Part shown: positions 28,101 through 35,987 of the stretch, piece by piece | Layout: every line of letters starts with the position of its first letter | Position numbering within the stretch: position 1 is the stretch's first letter | IMG/VR virus record: IMGVR_UViG_3300028840_006257 | Location: 62,001 to 126,000 of that record | Reading direction: 5' to 3' (one strand) | DNA: 64,000 nt | Translations under genes and position numbers: made by a program | Notes under the pieces: generated by a model | What the model was told of the DNA's origin: nothing | Databases searched by the model: none | The model's input: only the letters and a program-made list of their open reading frames with translations

Positions 28101-28336
28101 TGGTCCAGGTTTGGACAGGGGCCACGGCGGCCAAGGATTTGATTCTGCCTGCCAGAGGAGGTGCCCCGATCATCACCGACATGGCCGACACAATCTTTGC
28201 CGCGCAACCGGGAGGTCCCGTCGCGGAAGCGATAACCGGAAGAGGCGGCACGGTCAACGTGAACGTTTATGGGGGCGACCAGAAGAAGGTCTACGAGACC
28301 GTCATGCGTGCCCTGAAGGTGACCGGAAATGCCTGA
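25109..28336 (+). CDS. Tape measure protein
   Basis: 1075 aa, Ala/Glu/Lys-rich and helical, hydrophobic segment AFAAVAGALLMLIKLF, C-terminal GGTVNVNVYGGD; canonical position. Confidence 0.8.
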   Translation: MPDRPQLIADVILETRGARDFANKFGSLLSKAATSWRDELKKTTAEGANAGFKLAMASGKSGAAMRAFVKSNIADVYGKFMQELRAGNVAEAERLERILESRTRRFQKEADSIAEAFARMQERQARTFTEHTDQFKEKIGFLQRGLFGGLAGFADLARGGGALTRRLGEERMERGRRLQKAAGEADPAATARANRMAKMGKAIATIGKATVAFAAVAGALLMLIKLFADLESKIKDMNKELIGSAGAAQFGLTHVEIVSGKLADQLERMRKETTGLNKNFMAFRAGAEEQQRILAGFNQAGFTFARMSEEIRKGTKFMESYSDITALALTYARNLGMESSEVTEKMGQFAFETGMGLRDVAEQFSIISREAMLAGFVTKRFYAAVIEVTSGMAFYGVRIEETTKLLKTFDALLGEAVGAEAFKRLVGQYKDKGAQDRIRELILKDQEFAQEQFASAFERRIRQLGQEFSTQLGMDPQEVRELLALDEISMTAALERQGLKPEEIARFRGARLVGRAAGGGLGAMERAMPYAGPGFDVAMAAQATRIFGGRRIDEVLREMGTGPEAAAQMAALEEATGLSRDLIETVGAQFTTMEGHFRNLRQIQEKMATGTPLSEEDKRILEDLRDKFGIYVDESTKKIMKGDFDANKQLIKGTGIELKNVMDAVTETTTMGEKEIEEQMTKDQEIATEISHRITGLTEVMQQTVLGVLNDIYDVLVSMAKFFFEDETEKLARFAALDEAHKQREAAQAEAEEAREKERKARQALEEAKAGGDEEKIALAEENLKETTRAADETTRQAVATEAAARTAENLTAEQIAAQGAGFKAEVDAIEGATGVKLFRSESFKKSFGTALEDVLPRLGKEVTEASFGMKVSEAMLGLFTGQRPLTREERAAKELQPKKFAEQFIAQMSARPALLEQAGGIENVRSAAAAGMAQMMKHEDWSDMWWTDQNKKEFAAIFSAAASTALAANLPTQAERERLEAERKAETDQLIRGLQEMVQVWTGATAAKDLILPARGGAPIITDMADTIFAAQPGGPVAEAITGRGGTVNVNVYGGDQKKVYETVMRALKVTGNA

Positions 28337-29108
28337 ACAGAGAGCCGTGTTCACGGGTTCATTCTCAGGGCCCGACGAGGAGAAACTCCGACGCGGGCGT
28401 CGCCCAGTCATCTTCGACGTGCTCGCTCCGGACCGGGAGACGAGCCTGCTCGACCTGGCGGAGAAGGACCTGCGCCTGGTCCTCCACGTCAACCCGCGGA
28501 CGATGCGGCTCGGTTATACGAAACAGACTGAACGCTTCCTGACGCGAGGTGGCTTCGTCGAGTACCACTGGGGCGACGCGGTCGAGGAGATCACGTTCGA
28601 CGCGGCCACGGGCGGTTTCATGCGGATGTACACGGGGCTCTCGAACATCGCGTCTTCAGGGGGGGGCCAGCCTGGACGTAGGGACACGATCGCCTATGAC
28701 AAGTACCTGGATCTCCTCGCGCTGTTCCACAACAACGGCGCGATCTACGACATGTTCGGAAACATCGCACTCCAGGGTTACCTGAAGATCATCTTCGACG
28801 GGGGCGTGCACATCGGATGGTTTGACGGGGCGTTCACGGTCACGGAGGACGCGAACGTCCCCTATATGTTCAGCCTCTCGGCCCGGTTCCTCATTGACCG
28901 CGAGATCATGCAGTTCCGCTCGCCCAACCTCTTCGACTACGGTGCCCAGGCGGTCTCCGCTCCGGGTGGCCTGGGCGACCAGCCGGAGGGCGCGACCTCG
29001 ACCATGCTGGCCGACCCCTTCGTCGGGCTGGAGGGTCGCGACTACGTCGGTCCGACGGCGGTCCCGTTCCGGTCTCAGACCGCGAACCCCTTCGAGGAGG
29101 AGCTGTAG
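28329..29108 (+). CDS. Tube initiator/baseplate tube-like protein (gp48/gp54-like)
   Basis: LHVNPRTMRLGY...EYHWGDAVEEITFDA...FSLSARF pattern; follows the tape measure gene. Confidence 0.6.
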   Translation: MPEQRAVFTGSFSGPDEEKLRRGRRPVIFDVLAPDRETSLLDLAEKDLRLVLHVNPRTMRLGYTKQTERFLTRGGFVEYHWGDAVEEITFDAATGGFMRMYTGLSNIASSGGGQPGRRDTIAYDKYLDLLALFHNNGAIYDMFGNIALQGYLKIIFDGGVHIGWFDGAFTVTEDANVPYMFSLSARFLIDREIMQFRSPNLFDYGAQAVSAPGGLGDQPEGATSTMLADPFVGLEGRDYVGPTAVPFRSQTANPFEEEL

Positions 29109-29111
29109 GCC

Positions 29112-30566
29112 GTGCCCGCCCAGACCGACAGGCAGCCGACCAGGTTCCAGCCGCTCGAGGCATACAGCGGCCCGGACGTCGGAGTCAACTTCGTGCGGGC
29201 GGCGATGGCGAGCGAGTCGGTCGCCTTCGACGGCACGAAGCAACGCCTCCGAGACGCGCGGCTCGGGTCGCCCTTCACGTTCAACTTCGCGCCCCCGTCC
29301 ATCCTGCTCGACGCCCTCCTGGGTCGCGGCCAGGCGCGCACGCAGGACGTGTTTGATCCCCTCCTTCGGAGGGCGTTCGACGACGCCGAGGCGAACTTCC
29401 TCGTCACCCAGGCGGCGTTCGAGGCCGGCAACGCGACCGCGGAGCAGGTCGAGGCGGCGCGCAAGGGCATGCTCGGGACGCGAGCTCCAGCTCCGGGCCA
29501 GAACATCGACATCATCGAGGGCGCCCAGCGGTCGATGAGCAACTTCTCGACTTTGGTGGAGCGGCGGAACCAGCTGAGGGCGTCCAACTTCTTCGCGACG
29601 GGTCCGACTAGGGGCGCCACGCTGACGCGGCTTGAGAACCTGATCGCGAGGAACGGAGTCCGCTTCAATCCGCGCGACGTCAACGAGTCGCAGGCGAACC
29701 AGGCGGCGGTCTCGGACCTGACCCAGGCGCTGGACGTGATCCTCCAGCTGAATCGCATCCTGGCCACTCCGTCCCTGACTCTGCTCGTCAATCCCGAGTC
29801 CCTGCAGATCACCTACTCGAAGAGGCAGGCGTACACCGACCGCAACAGATTCAACTACGTTTTCCAGTCGTGGGGGGAGGAGCAGGTTCGTCTCTCCGTC
29901 TCCGGACGGTCGGCGGGATTCGTCGTCGGGTCCCGAGGACCGGGAGACCTCGACCTCGCCCTCGAGCCCTCGGGAGGGGGCAACCTCGCCGTCTCCGAGA
30001 CGGCGGGCGTGAGCGGCTACCAGTACGCGTCGAAGTGGGACTCGGCCGCGTGGCAGAACCTCATGAGCCTCTTCACGATCTACCGCAACAACGGCTACAT
30101 CTACGACACGTCAGGGCGTCCCAAGTCGGAGGCGCACCTCTTCATCGGCAGCATCGAGATCGCCTACGACCAGTGGGTCTACGTCGGAAACTTCGACAAC
30201 TTCAACTACAACTACGAGGAGGACAAGCAGCACGGGGCCGTGCAGTTCAGCTTCGAGTTCACCGCGTCCTACATCTTCGACCGAAACCAGCGCGAGGCCG
30301 TGCGTCCCTACCAGACCCCTCCGACGCCCAGCCCGTCGGAGGCTCCCGAGGGCGACGTTCCCTTCATCCCGAACCAGCAGGCGAAGGCGACCCTCACCCA
30401 GACTCTTCCGACGCTCGGGCCTGGCGCGCAGACGTCCGGCGGCATGACTGAGGACCCCGTCCAGATCCAGGTCATCGACGAGCAGCCGATCGAGGTTCCG
30501 GCGCGGACCGAGCCCGTCTTCGACCCCGTGATCGACCCGCTCCCGTCGCTGGAGCCCGGAGGCTAG
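29112..30566 (+). CDS. Second tube-initiator-like baseplate protein
   Basis: LLVNPESLQITYSK...FQSWGEEQVRLSVSG...QFSFEF, paralogous in pattern to the preceding gene. Confidence 0.55.
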   Translation: MPAQTDRQPTRFQPLEAYSGPDVGVNFVRAAMASESVAFDGTKQRLRDARLGSPFTFNFAPPSILLDALLGRGQARTQDVFDPLLRRAFDDAEANFLVTQAAFEAGNATAEQVEAARKGMLGTRAPAPGQNIDIIEGAQRSMSNFSTLVERRNQLRASNFFATGPTRGATLTRLENLIARNGVRFNPRDVNESQANQAAVSDLTQALDVILQLNRILATPSLTLLVNPESLQITYSKRQAYTDRNRFNYVFQSWGEEQVRLSVSGRSAGFVVGSRGPGDLDLALEPSGGGNLAVSETAGVSGYQYASKWDSAAWQNLMSLFTIYRNNGYIYDTSGRPKSEAHLFIGSIEIAYDQWVYVGNFDNFNYNYEEDKQHGAVQFSFEFTASYIFDRNQREAVRPYQTPPTPSPSEAPEGDVPFIPNQQAKATLTQTLPTLGPGAQTSGGMTEDPVQIQVIDEQPIEVPARTEPVFDPVIDPLPSLEPGG

Positions 30567-30572
30567 TCGACG

Positions 30573-33500
30573 ATGGCGGGCATCCAGGACAGGCCCTACG
30601 CGGGCACGTGGAAGCTCAACAACCGGACGGTGGTGAAGTACACCCCGGACGCGCTCGTGTTTATCAACGGGGACACGTCGCTGCCCGGCTGCCCGCGCTG
30701 TCGGGGACGCCTCGACATCCAGCGGTACGTCACGTCTATTGGTGTCGAGGCCGGAACCGAGCCGGGATCCCACTCCGCGAACATCAGCCTCACGCTTCCG
30801 CGGGTTCAAGGACAGCAAGTCTTCATCGACGGCTACAACATCCTCCGCGCGGGCCTTGAAGTTCACGTCTTCTTCCGCGGGTACTTCCCGGTGCGGGGGA
30901 TGTTCAAGCACCTGGCCGATCCTCAGTCCGGGCGCAACGTGAACTTCCCGAACCCGACGGACGACGACGAGCTGGATCTCTCCAAGTATGCGAGCTACCC
31001 CTACTACCCCGTGTTCCACGGGGTGGTCACGCAGGTCACCTACCAGTACGCCGACGGCTTCTACAACGGGAGCCTCAACTGCGCGTCCCTGCTCCACTTC
31101 TGGAAGTTCCAAAACGTCGTGGCGGCTGGCGCGTGGCTAGCTCAGGGCAAACTCCCTGAGGGCGCCGAGGCACGACCCACGCTCTACGGGCACAACTTCT
31201 CGAACATGCACCCGTTCTCGATCATCTACACCCTGTATCGAGACGTGGCGGGTGCGGCGGCGGGCCTCGACTACGCTCTTGACGAGGAGTCCAACCTCGC
31301 CGCGACGACTAGTCGAAGAGGGCAGTCGCTTTATCATCAGATCTCCATCTACTGGGAGCAGCGTTTCAAGACGAGGGTCCAGAGCCTGCGGATGTACGGG
31401 GTCAATGGAAGGCTCTTCAACGCGGCCCAGCAGGCGTGGTTCGGGAAGGCGGGAAAAGAGGAGATGGAGGGGTTCATCTCTAACCCGACGTACAACGATC
31501 CGCAGACGACACGAACCGAGCATGACCCTCTTGCTAGTCGTTTGGACGTTGCCAAGGCTCTCGGACTCCAGGACCAAGGCGCAGACTTGATCTGGTCGCC
31601 GCTCATCGGTCAAGACGGCGAACTCGCCAATCTCTCGGTCCTGGACATGTGGGCATTCAATTTCCAGCTCAGCGAGTTGGGAGTCACGAACAAGTGGGTG
31701 ACGACCTACGAGACGAAGATGGACGTCGCTCAGGCGGTGATGGATGCCACGGGTTACGAGTTCTATCAGGACGTTGACGGGGACCTCGTGTTCAAGCCCC
31801 CGTTCTGGAACCTCGACACGTCGCCCAACCGCTACTACCGGCTCGAGGATCAGGACATCATCAACATCAGCTTCGTCGAGAAGGAACCACAGGCGACGTA
31901 CATCATCGTGCGTGGCGTCTGGATCGCCGGCGTGTCGGATGCGACCTCCAACAGTGGGCCGCAGCACAAGCGGGCCATGTACATCGACTACAGGCTCGTG
32001 GCGCAGTTCGGCTGGCGTCCCGCGCCGTCCGTCGATATCACCTACCAGACGGACCCGAAGGTCCTGTTCTGGATGGCGGTGGGACGTCTCGATGCGACGA
32101 ACGTCGATACTTTCGGCGCATCCGTGACAATCCCGATTCGACCGGAACTACGTCCTGGATATCCGGTCTACATACCGTTCGTCGATTCCTACTACTACAT
32201 CAGCCAGATGAGTCACCAGTTCACTTTCGGGGGGCGCCCGACGACGAGTCTGGTGCTGACCTGTCGCCGACGCAAGTGGCATGCTCCGGGGATTCTGGAA
32301 GCGGCTCCCGAAGGCGAGAGCGCGATCAAGTTGATTCATCTCGATCGTCCCGACTTGCCACCTCGTCCCCTCGAGATCTTCGACAACGGGATCTCAAGGA
32401 TCGCGGGGTTCCCCAACGTCGTCATGGCACTCGACCCTCGCAAGATGAACGCCAGCTTCTCACTCGTGGGGGCCGGAATCGACTACTTCGATTCCGTGGA
32501 CGGCCCGGCGGATCTCCTGTTCGACCTGCTCGTGCGTGATGTGGCCGATCTCGAGGCATTTGAGACCGTGGCACCGGAGCCTGATGCGGATGGTAGGGAA
32601 ACACCGACCGACCCGACGAAGCCTACGAGGCTGGGTCTGCGATACGGTCCGAAGGACGAGCTCATCGAGTTCGATTTGAAGGACCTGCAATCGGGTTTCC
32701 AGGCGTTGAAGGATGTCCGTGAAGATCTCAAGGCGACGGAGCGGCGGATCGAGGACGTGACGCTTGCCGAGATCATGGCACGATCTTCCGAAAACGCCTT
32801 CGATCCTGCTCGAGGAGGGGTAGATCCCCCCAGCACGAGCATAGATCGTCGGGATTCCCTGAGCGAACTCGATCGACTCTCCCAGGAGGAGCAGACGGCC
32901 CTTGAGAACATTCGCAAGAACCTGGGCAACAATAGGAACATACAGCTCCTTGCGCTCATTTTCGACGCCCTTCAACCTTCCGGAAACAAGGCCATCCGTC
33001 GCAGGGTCGGCGGGATTCCAGGCTCCGACGTCACGCTGTCCTACTTCGACAGCCTCACACACCTGAAGTCGCAGTACCTCGCGGGGGCACTACCAGGTCA
33101 CTACCGTTACTTCTCCTGCTCGCATCCCGATCCGGAAATGCAGGGAATGCCGATCATCGAGTGGGATGACGGTGAGCGTCCTCCGTCGCGGACTCCCTCG
33201 ACGGGCCAGACACGACAGAACGGACCCGGCGCCCAAACGCCCGGCACCCCCATATCTACAGATACCAATCGCAACAGACGGCTGAGAGGAGAGGCAGCCA
33301 ACCTACAGGGACGACTTGAAGAGAGTGGAATAACCTGGGTTGGCGCGGATAGTCTGTTGAGGGAACGTGATGAGGGATCGAGCACCGACGCCGAAAGCTC
33401 GGAAGAGGAGGTTCGTAATGCTTCGTTGACGAAGGATATCGCCGAGAATCTGACCAATGTTTCGGAAGCTGGCCAGGTGCTGGCTGACCGTCTAGCTGGT

Positions 33501-35984
33501 CGGTCGGATTTCGGCGGAAGAGGGTTGACTCTGAGTGTCGGGTCGGCGTGGCGCGTGAATGCCAGCGTGGAGGGTACCGGCAGAGCGAGCGCGCACCAGT
33601 ACGGGGCAGCTCTTGATCTTGGACCGCGGGGACCTGGGATTCCCAGGAGGATTCCTCCTGATCCGAAGAAGGACAAGAGCAATCTTTACGCGGCGCCCGT
33701 GGAGGACCTCGATCCCGTACTGCGGGACGGTTACAGGGCCCTGAAGGAGGAGGCCACCAAGATGTACCAGGAGGGGTTGATCAGTGGGATTGGTTTTTAC
33801 GAGGAACGCAAGGATGGGAGTCGAAAACCCTTCGTTCACATCGACGTGTTCTGGGGCCCCCGTCGTCCTGGACGCTGGGCACAGGTACAGGGTGTCGAGA
33901 CCTACAAAGAGAATGACAAGATCGTGCAGGACTGCAAGAGAGATCAGCCGGGAAACGTCCCGGCGTGTATCAGGGGGCAGAAACTTCTCCGAGACGAGAT
34001 AGGTCCTGAGCGCTTGGACAAGGCGCTCCGCACCGCCATCGACCAGGGGGCCCCCACACGCCGTCCTCGTGGAAAACTGCCACCTTACGGGCAGTCGCTT
34101 GAACCCGGGCTGGCTGCGGCTCCTCCTCCACCGACGACTGAAGGAGGCGCAGAGGAGATCTACAAGCGTCCTACGATCAAGACCCGCGACGTGGACGCCG
34201 ACGTCGCGAGACTCGTCGTCCAGTTCAAGCCGACGGTCAGTGCTCCCGACGGGGCTCACCGGGCACCCGAAGCCGAACTCACGACGGGCAAGTGCCGCAA
34301 GGGCTTGCAGATCGCCCTGGGGCCCCAGAAGGCACCTCGCGTGATCATGACGGACCAAATCCAGACGATCTCGTTCGTTCGTCACCAGGCATCGAAGTTC
34401 ACGCAGGTCGTGGGGACCTCGCAGGCGGGCCGTAGGCTCTCTTTCAATGCGACTGGCCTCGCCCTCCAGATCGCGGCGAAGTTCGACGAGGCATCCGAAC
34501 CCTTCCTCGACGACCCGAGTACGACGGTCGCCGGGGTTTTCGGAGGGGTTTACGAGCAGATGAAGGAGGACCTAGCCTCGGTGAAGATCCCACTCTACGA
34601 GAACGGGAACGAACTCAGCGATTTCAGGATCGAACTCAGCGACTTCAGGGACGCTGTCGTACCCCCCGATGACGTACCTCCCGACCTTGACACGGTACTG
34701 GCCGCCAGTCTCGGGGTGGCCTCACTTGATCAGGTCGAGATTCCCGACCTGCGATTCGACGAGCTGGCGACGATCCCCGGATACAAGGTCCAGGGCACGC
34801 AGAAGGACGACGGGATGTCGTACGAGAGGGCGACGAGGGCCCTCGGCACGAACTACGCGAAGAGCATCGCCAGGGACATCGAGGCCGCGTTTCTTAAGGG
34901 CCAGACCGCCGCGATGCCTCCCAGTCCGGGGCGCCCTGGTCGCCTTCAGAAGGTGCAGAAGGCGATCAACGAGGCCACAGCCAAGGCGTTCGGCTCCGAG
35001 CAGGCCGTGGTCGCCACCCAGGAGAACACCACCGAGGAGAAGACGCCGAAGCAGGGCAAGAACGCGACGGGGGTTCACTCGCCGGTGTTCCCCGTGTCGG
35101 ACGAGAAGGGCTACGAGCACTACGGGGCGTACCGCTACGGGCGCGGGCTGTCCGTCGAGCCCGGCGGCACGTTCGAGTTCATCCACAGCGGCCAGGACCC
35201 GTTCACCAACGTGACCGCCCAGACCGCCGAGGAGTTCTACCGCGTGTTCCTGCTCACGAAGACGCAGAAGACCTCCGTGGCAAGCAACATCCTCAAGGGG
35301 TCTCAGGAGGGGTTGGCGAAGATCGCGGAGTTTGTGCTCGGCCAGCGCGAGCAGCCGCTCACGAACACCCTGGGCCAGACGACCGCCGAGGGCGTCGTGG
35401 AGAGCGAGGACACGCTCCAGGAGCTCGGGGTGCAGGAGGTCGGGCTGAGCGACCGCGACCGGGCCGAGATCGAGGGGTCCGTGCAGGGGCTCGCGGAGAC
35501 CGTCACGGCGCTCGGCAAGACGGCCCGTGGACAGGACACGCTGCGCGAGCTCCTCGTCGCCAACGGCGACAATCCCAACCTGCTCAAGCAGGACTCCTTC
35601 GACATCACCGACACGCAGTTCGCCCGCAACTTCGTGAACTACGCCGTGAACTACGGCAAGAGCGACGTGTTCAAGACCACGGCCGCCAACGCGGCCTACC
35701 AGCTCGCCGACCTCACGGGTCACCTGGTTTCCCGCGCGGGCGAGGCGTGCACCTGCCGGGGGTCCTATGCCGACATCATGCTGGCCGCCTACACCCGTCG
35801 CAACTTCGTGGCGGTGGAGGGCATCGATCCTCGGGTGAGCCCCGCCACGGCCTTCCAGAGCGAGGAGATGCTCAAGAAGGTCGAGCAGCACGCTCTCCAG
35901 CAGCGTCGGTACCGCGGAGCGATCACCGAGGGCGCGGCCCCGGACGCGAAGACAAATCCGAGAGGGGGCACGACGGGAGGCTAG
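30573..35984 (+). CDS. Baseplate hub protein (gp27/VgrG-like) with inserted peptidoglycan hydrolase domain
   Basis: 1803 aa. Hub-type motifs YEFYQDVDGDLVFKPP and IPIRPELRPGYPVYI; internal M15 motifs. Confidence 0.75.
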   Translation: MAGIQDRPYAGTWKLNNRTVVKYTPDALVFINGDTSLPGCPRCRGRLDIQRYVTSIGVEAGTEPGSHSANISLTLPRVQGQQVFIDGYNILRAGLEVHVFFRGYFPVRGMFKHLADPQSGRNVNFPNPTDDDELDLSKYASYPYYPVFHGVVTQVTYQYADGFYNGSLNCASLLHFWKFQNVVAAGAWLAQGKLPEGAEARPTLYGHNFSNMHPFSIIYTLYRDVAGAAAGLDYALDEESNLAATTSRRGQSLYHQISIYWEQRFKTRVQSLRMYGVNGRLFNAAQQAWFGKAGKEEMEGFISNPTYNDPQTTRTEHDPLASRLDVAKALGLQDQGADLIWSPLIGQDGELANLSVLDMWAFNFQLSELGVTNKWVTTYETKMDVAQAVMDATGYEFYQDVDGDLVFKPPFWNLDTSPNRYYRLEDQDIINISFVEKEPQATYIIVRGVWIAGVSDATSNSGPQHKRAMYIDYRLVAQFGWRPAPSVDITYQTDPKVLFWMAVGRLDATNVDTFGASVTIPIRPELRPGYPVYIPFVDSYYYISQMSHQFTFGGRPTTSLVLTCRRRKWHAPGILEAAPEGESAIKLIHLDRPDLPPRPLEIFDNGISRIAGFPNVVMALDPRKMNASFSLVGAGIDYFDSVDGPADLLFDLLVRDVADLEAFETVAPEPDADGRETPTDPTKPTRLGLRYGPKDELIEFDLKDLQSGFQALKDVREDLKATERRIEDVTLAEIMARSSENAFDPARGGVDPPSTSIDRRDSLSELDRLSQEEQTALENIRKNLGNNRNIQLLALIFDALQPSGNKAIRRRVGGIPGSDVTLSYFDSLTHLKSQYLAGALPGHYRYFSCSHPDPEMQGMPIIEWDDGERPPSRTPSTGQTRQNGPGAQTPGTPISTDTNRNRRLRGEAANLQGRLEESGITWVGADSLLRERDEGSSTDAESSEEEVRNASLTKDIAENLTNVSEAGQVLADRLAGRSDFGGRGLTLSVGSAWRVNASVEGTGRASAHQYGAALDLGPRGPGIPRRIPPDPKKDKSNLYAAPVEDLDPVLRDGYRALKEEATKMYQEGLISGIGFYEERKDGSRKPFVHIDVFWGPRRPGRWAQVQGVETYKENDKIVQDCKRDQPGNVPACIRGQKLLRDEIGPERLDKALRTAIDQGAPTRRPRGKLPPYGQSLEPGLAAAPPPPTTEGGAEEIYKRPTIKTRDVDADVARLVVQFKPTVSAPDGAHRAPEAELTTGKCRKGLQIALGPQKAPRVIMTDQIQTISFVRHQASKFTQVVGTSQAGRRLSFNATGLALQIAAKFDEASEPFLDDPSTTVAGVFGGVYEQMKEDLASVKIPLYENGNELSDFRIELSDFRDAVVPPDDVPPDLDTVLAASLGVASLDQVEIPDLRFDELATIPGYKVQGTQKDDGMSYERATRALGTNYAKSIARDIEAAFLKGQTAAMPPSPGRPGRLQKVQKAINEATAKAFGSEQAVVATQENTTEEKTPKQGKNATGVHSPVFPVSDEKGYEHYGAYRYGRGLSVEPGGTFEFIHSGQDPFTNVTAQTAEEFYRVFLLTKTQKTSVASNILKGSQEGLAKIAEFVLGQREQPLTNTLGQTTAEGVVESEDTLQELGVQEVGLSDRDRAEIEGSVQGLAETVTALGKTARGQDTLRELLVANGDNPNLLKQDSFDITDTQFARNFVNYAVNYGKSDVFKTTAANAAYQLADLTGHLVSRAGEACTCRGSYADIMLAAYTRRNFVAVEGIDPRVSPATAFQSEEMLKKVEQHALQQRRYRGAITEGAAPDAKTNPRGGTTGG
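33430..33860 (+). other. Peptidase M15-type Zn peptidoglycan peptidase domain inside the hub
   Basis: SAWR (cf. SGYR) at 33543, SAHQYGAALD (SxHxxGxAxD) at 33588, GIGFY, and FVHIDV at 33831. Confidence 0.85.
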
Positions 35985-35987
35985 ACA

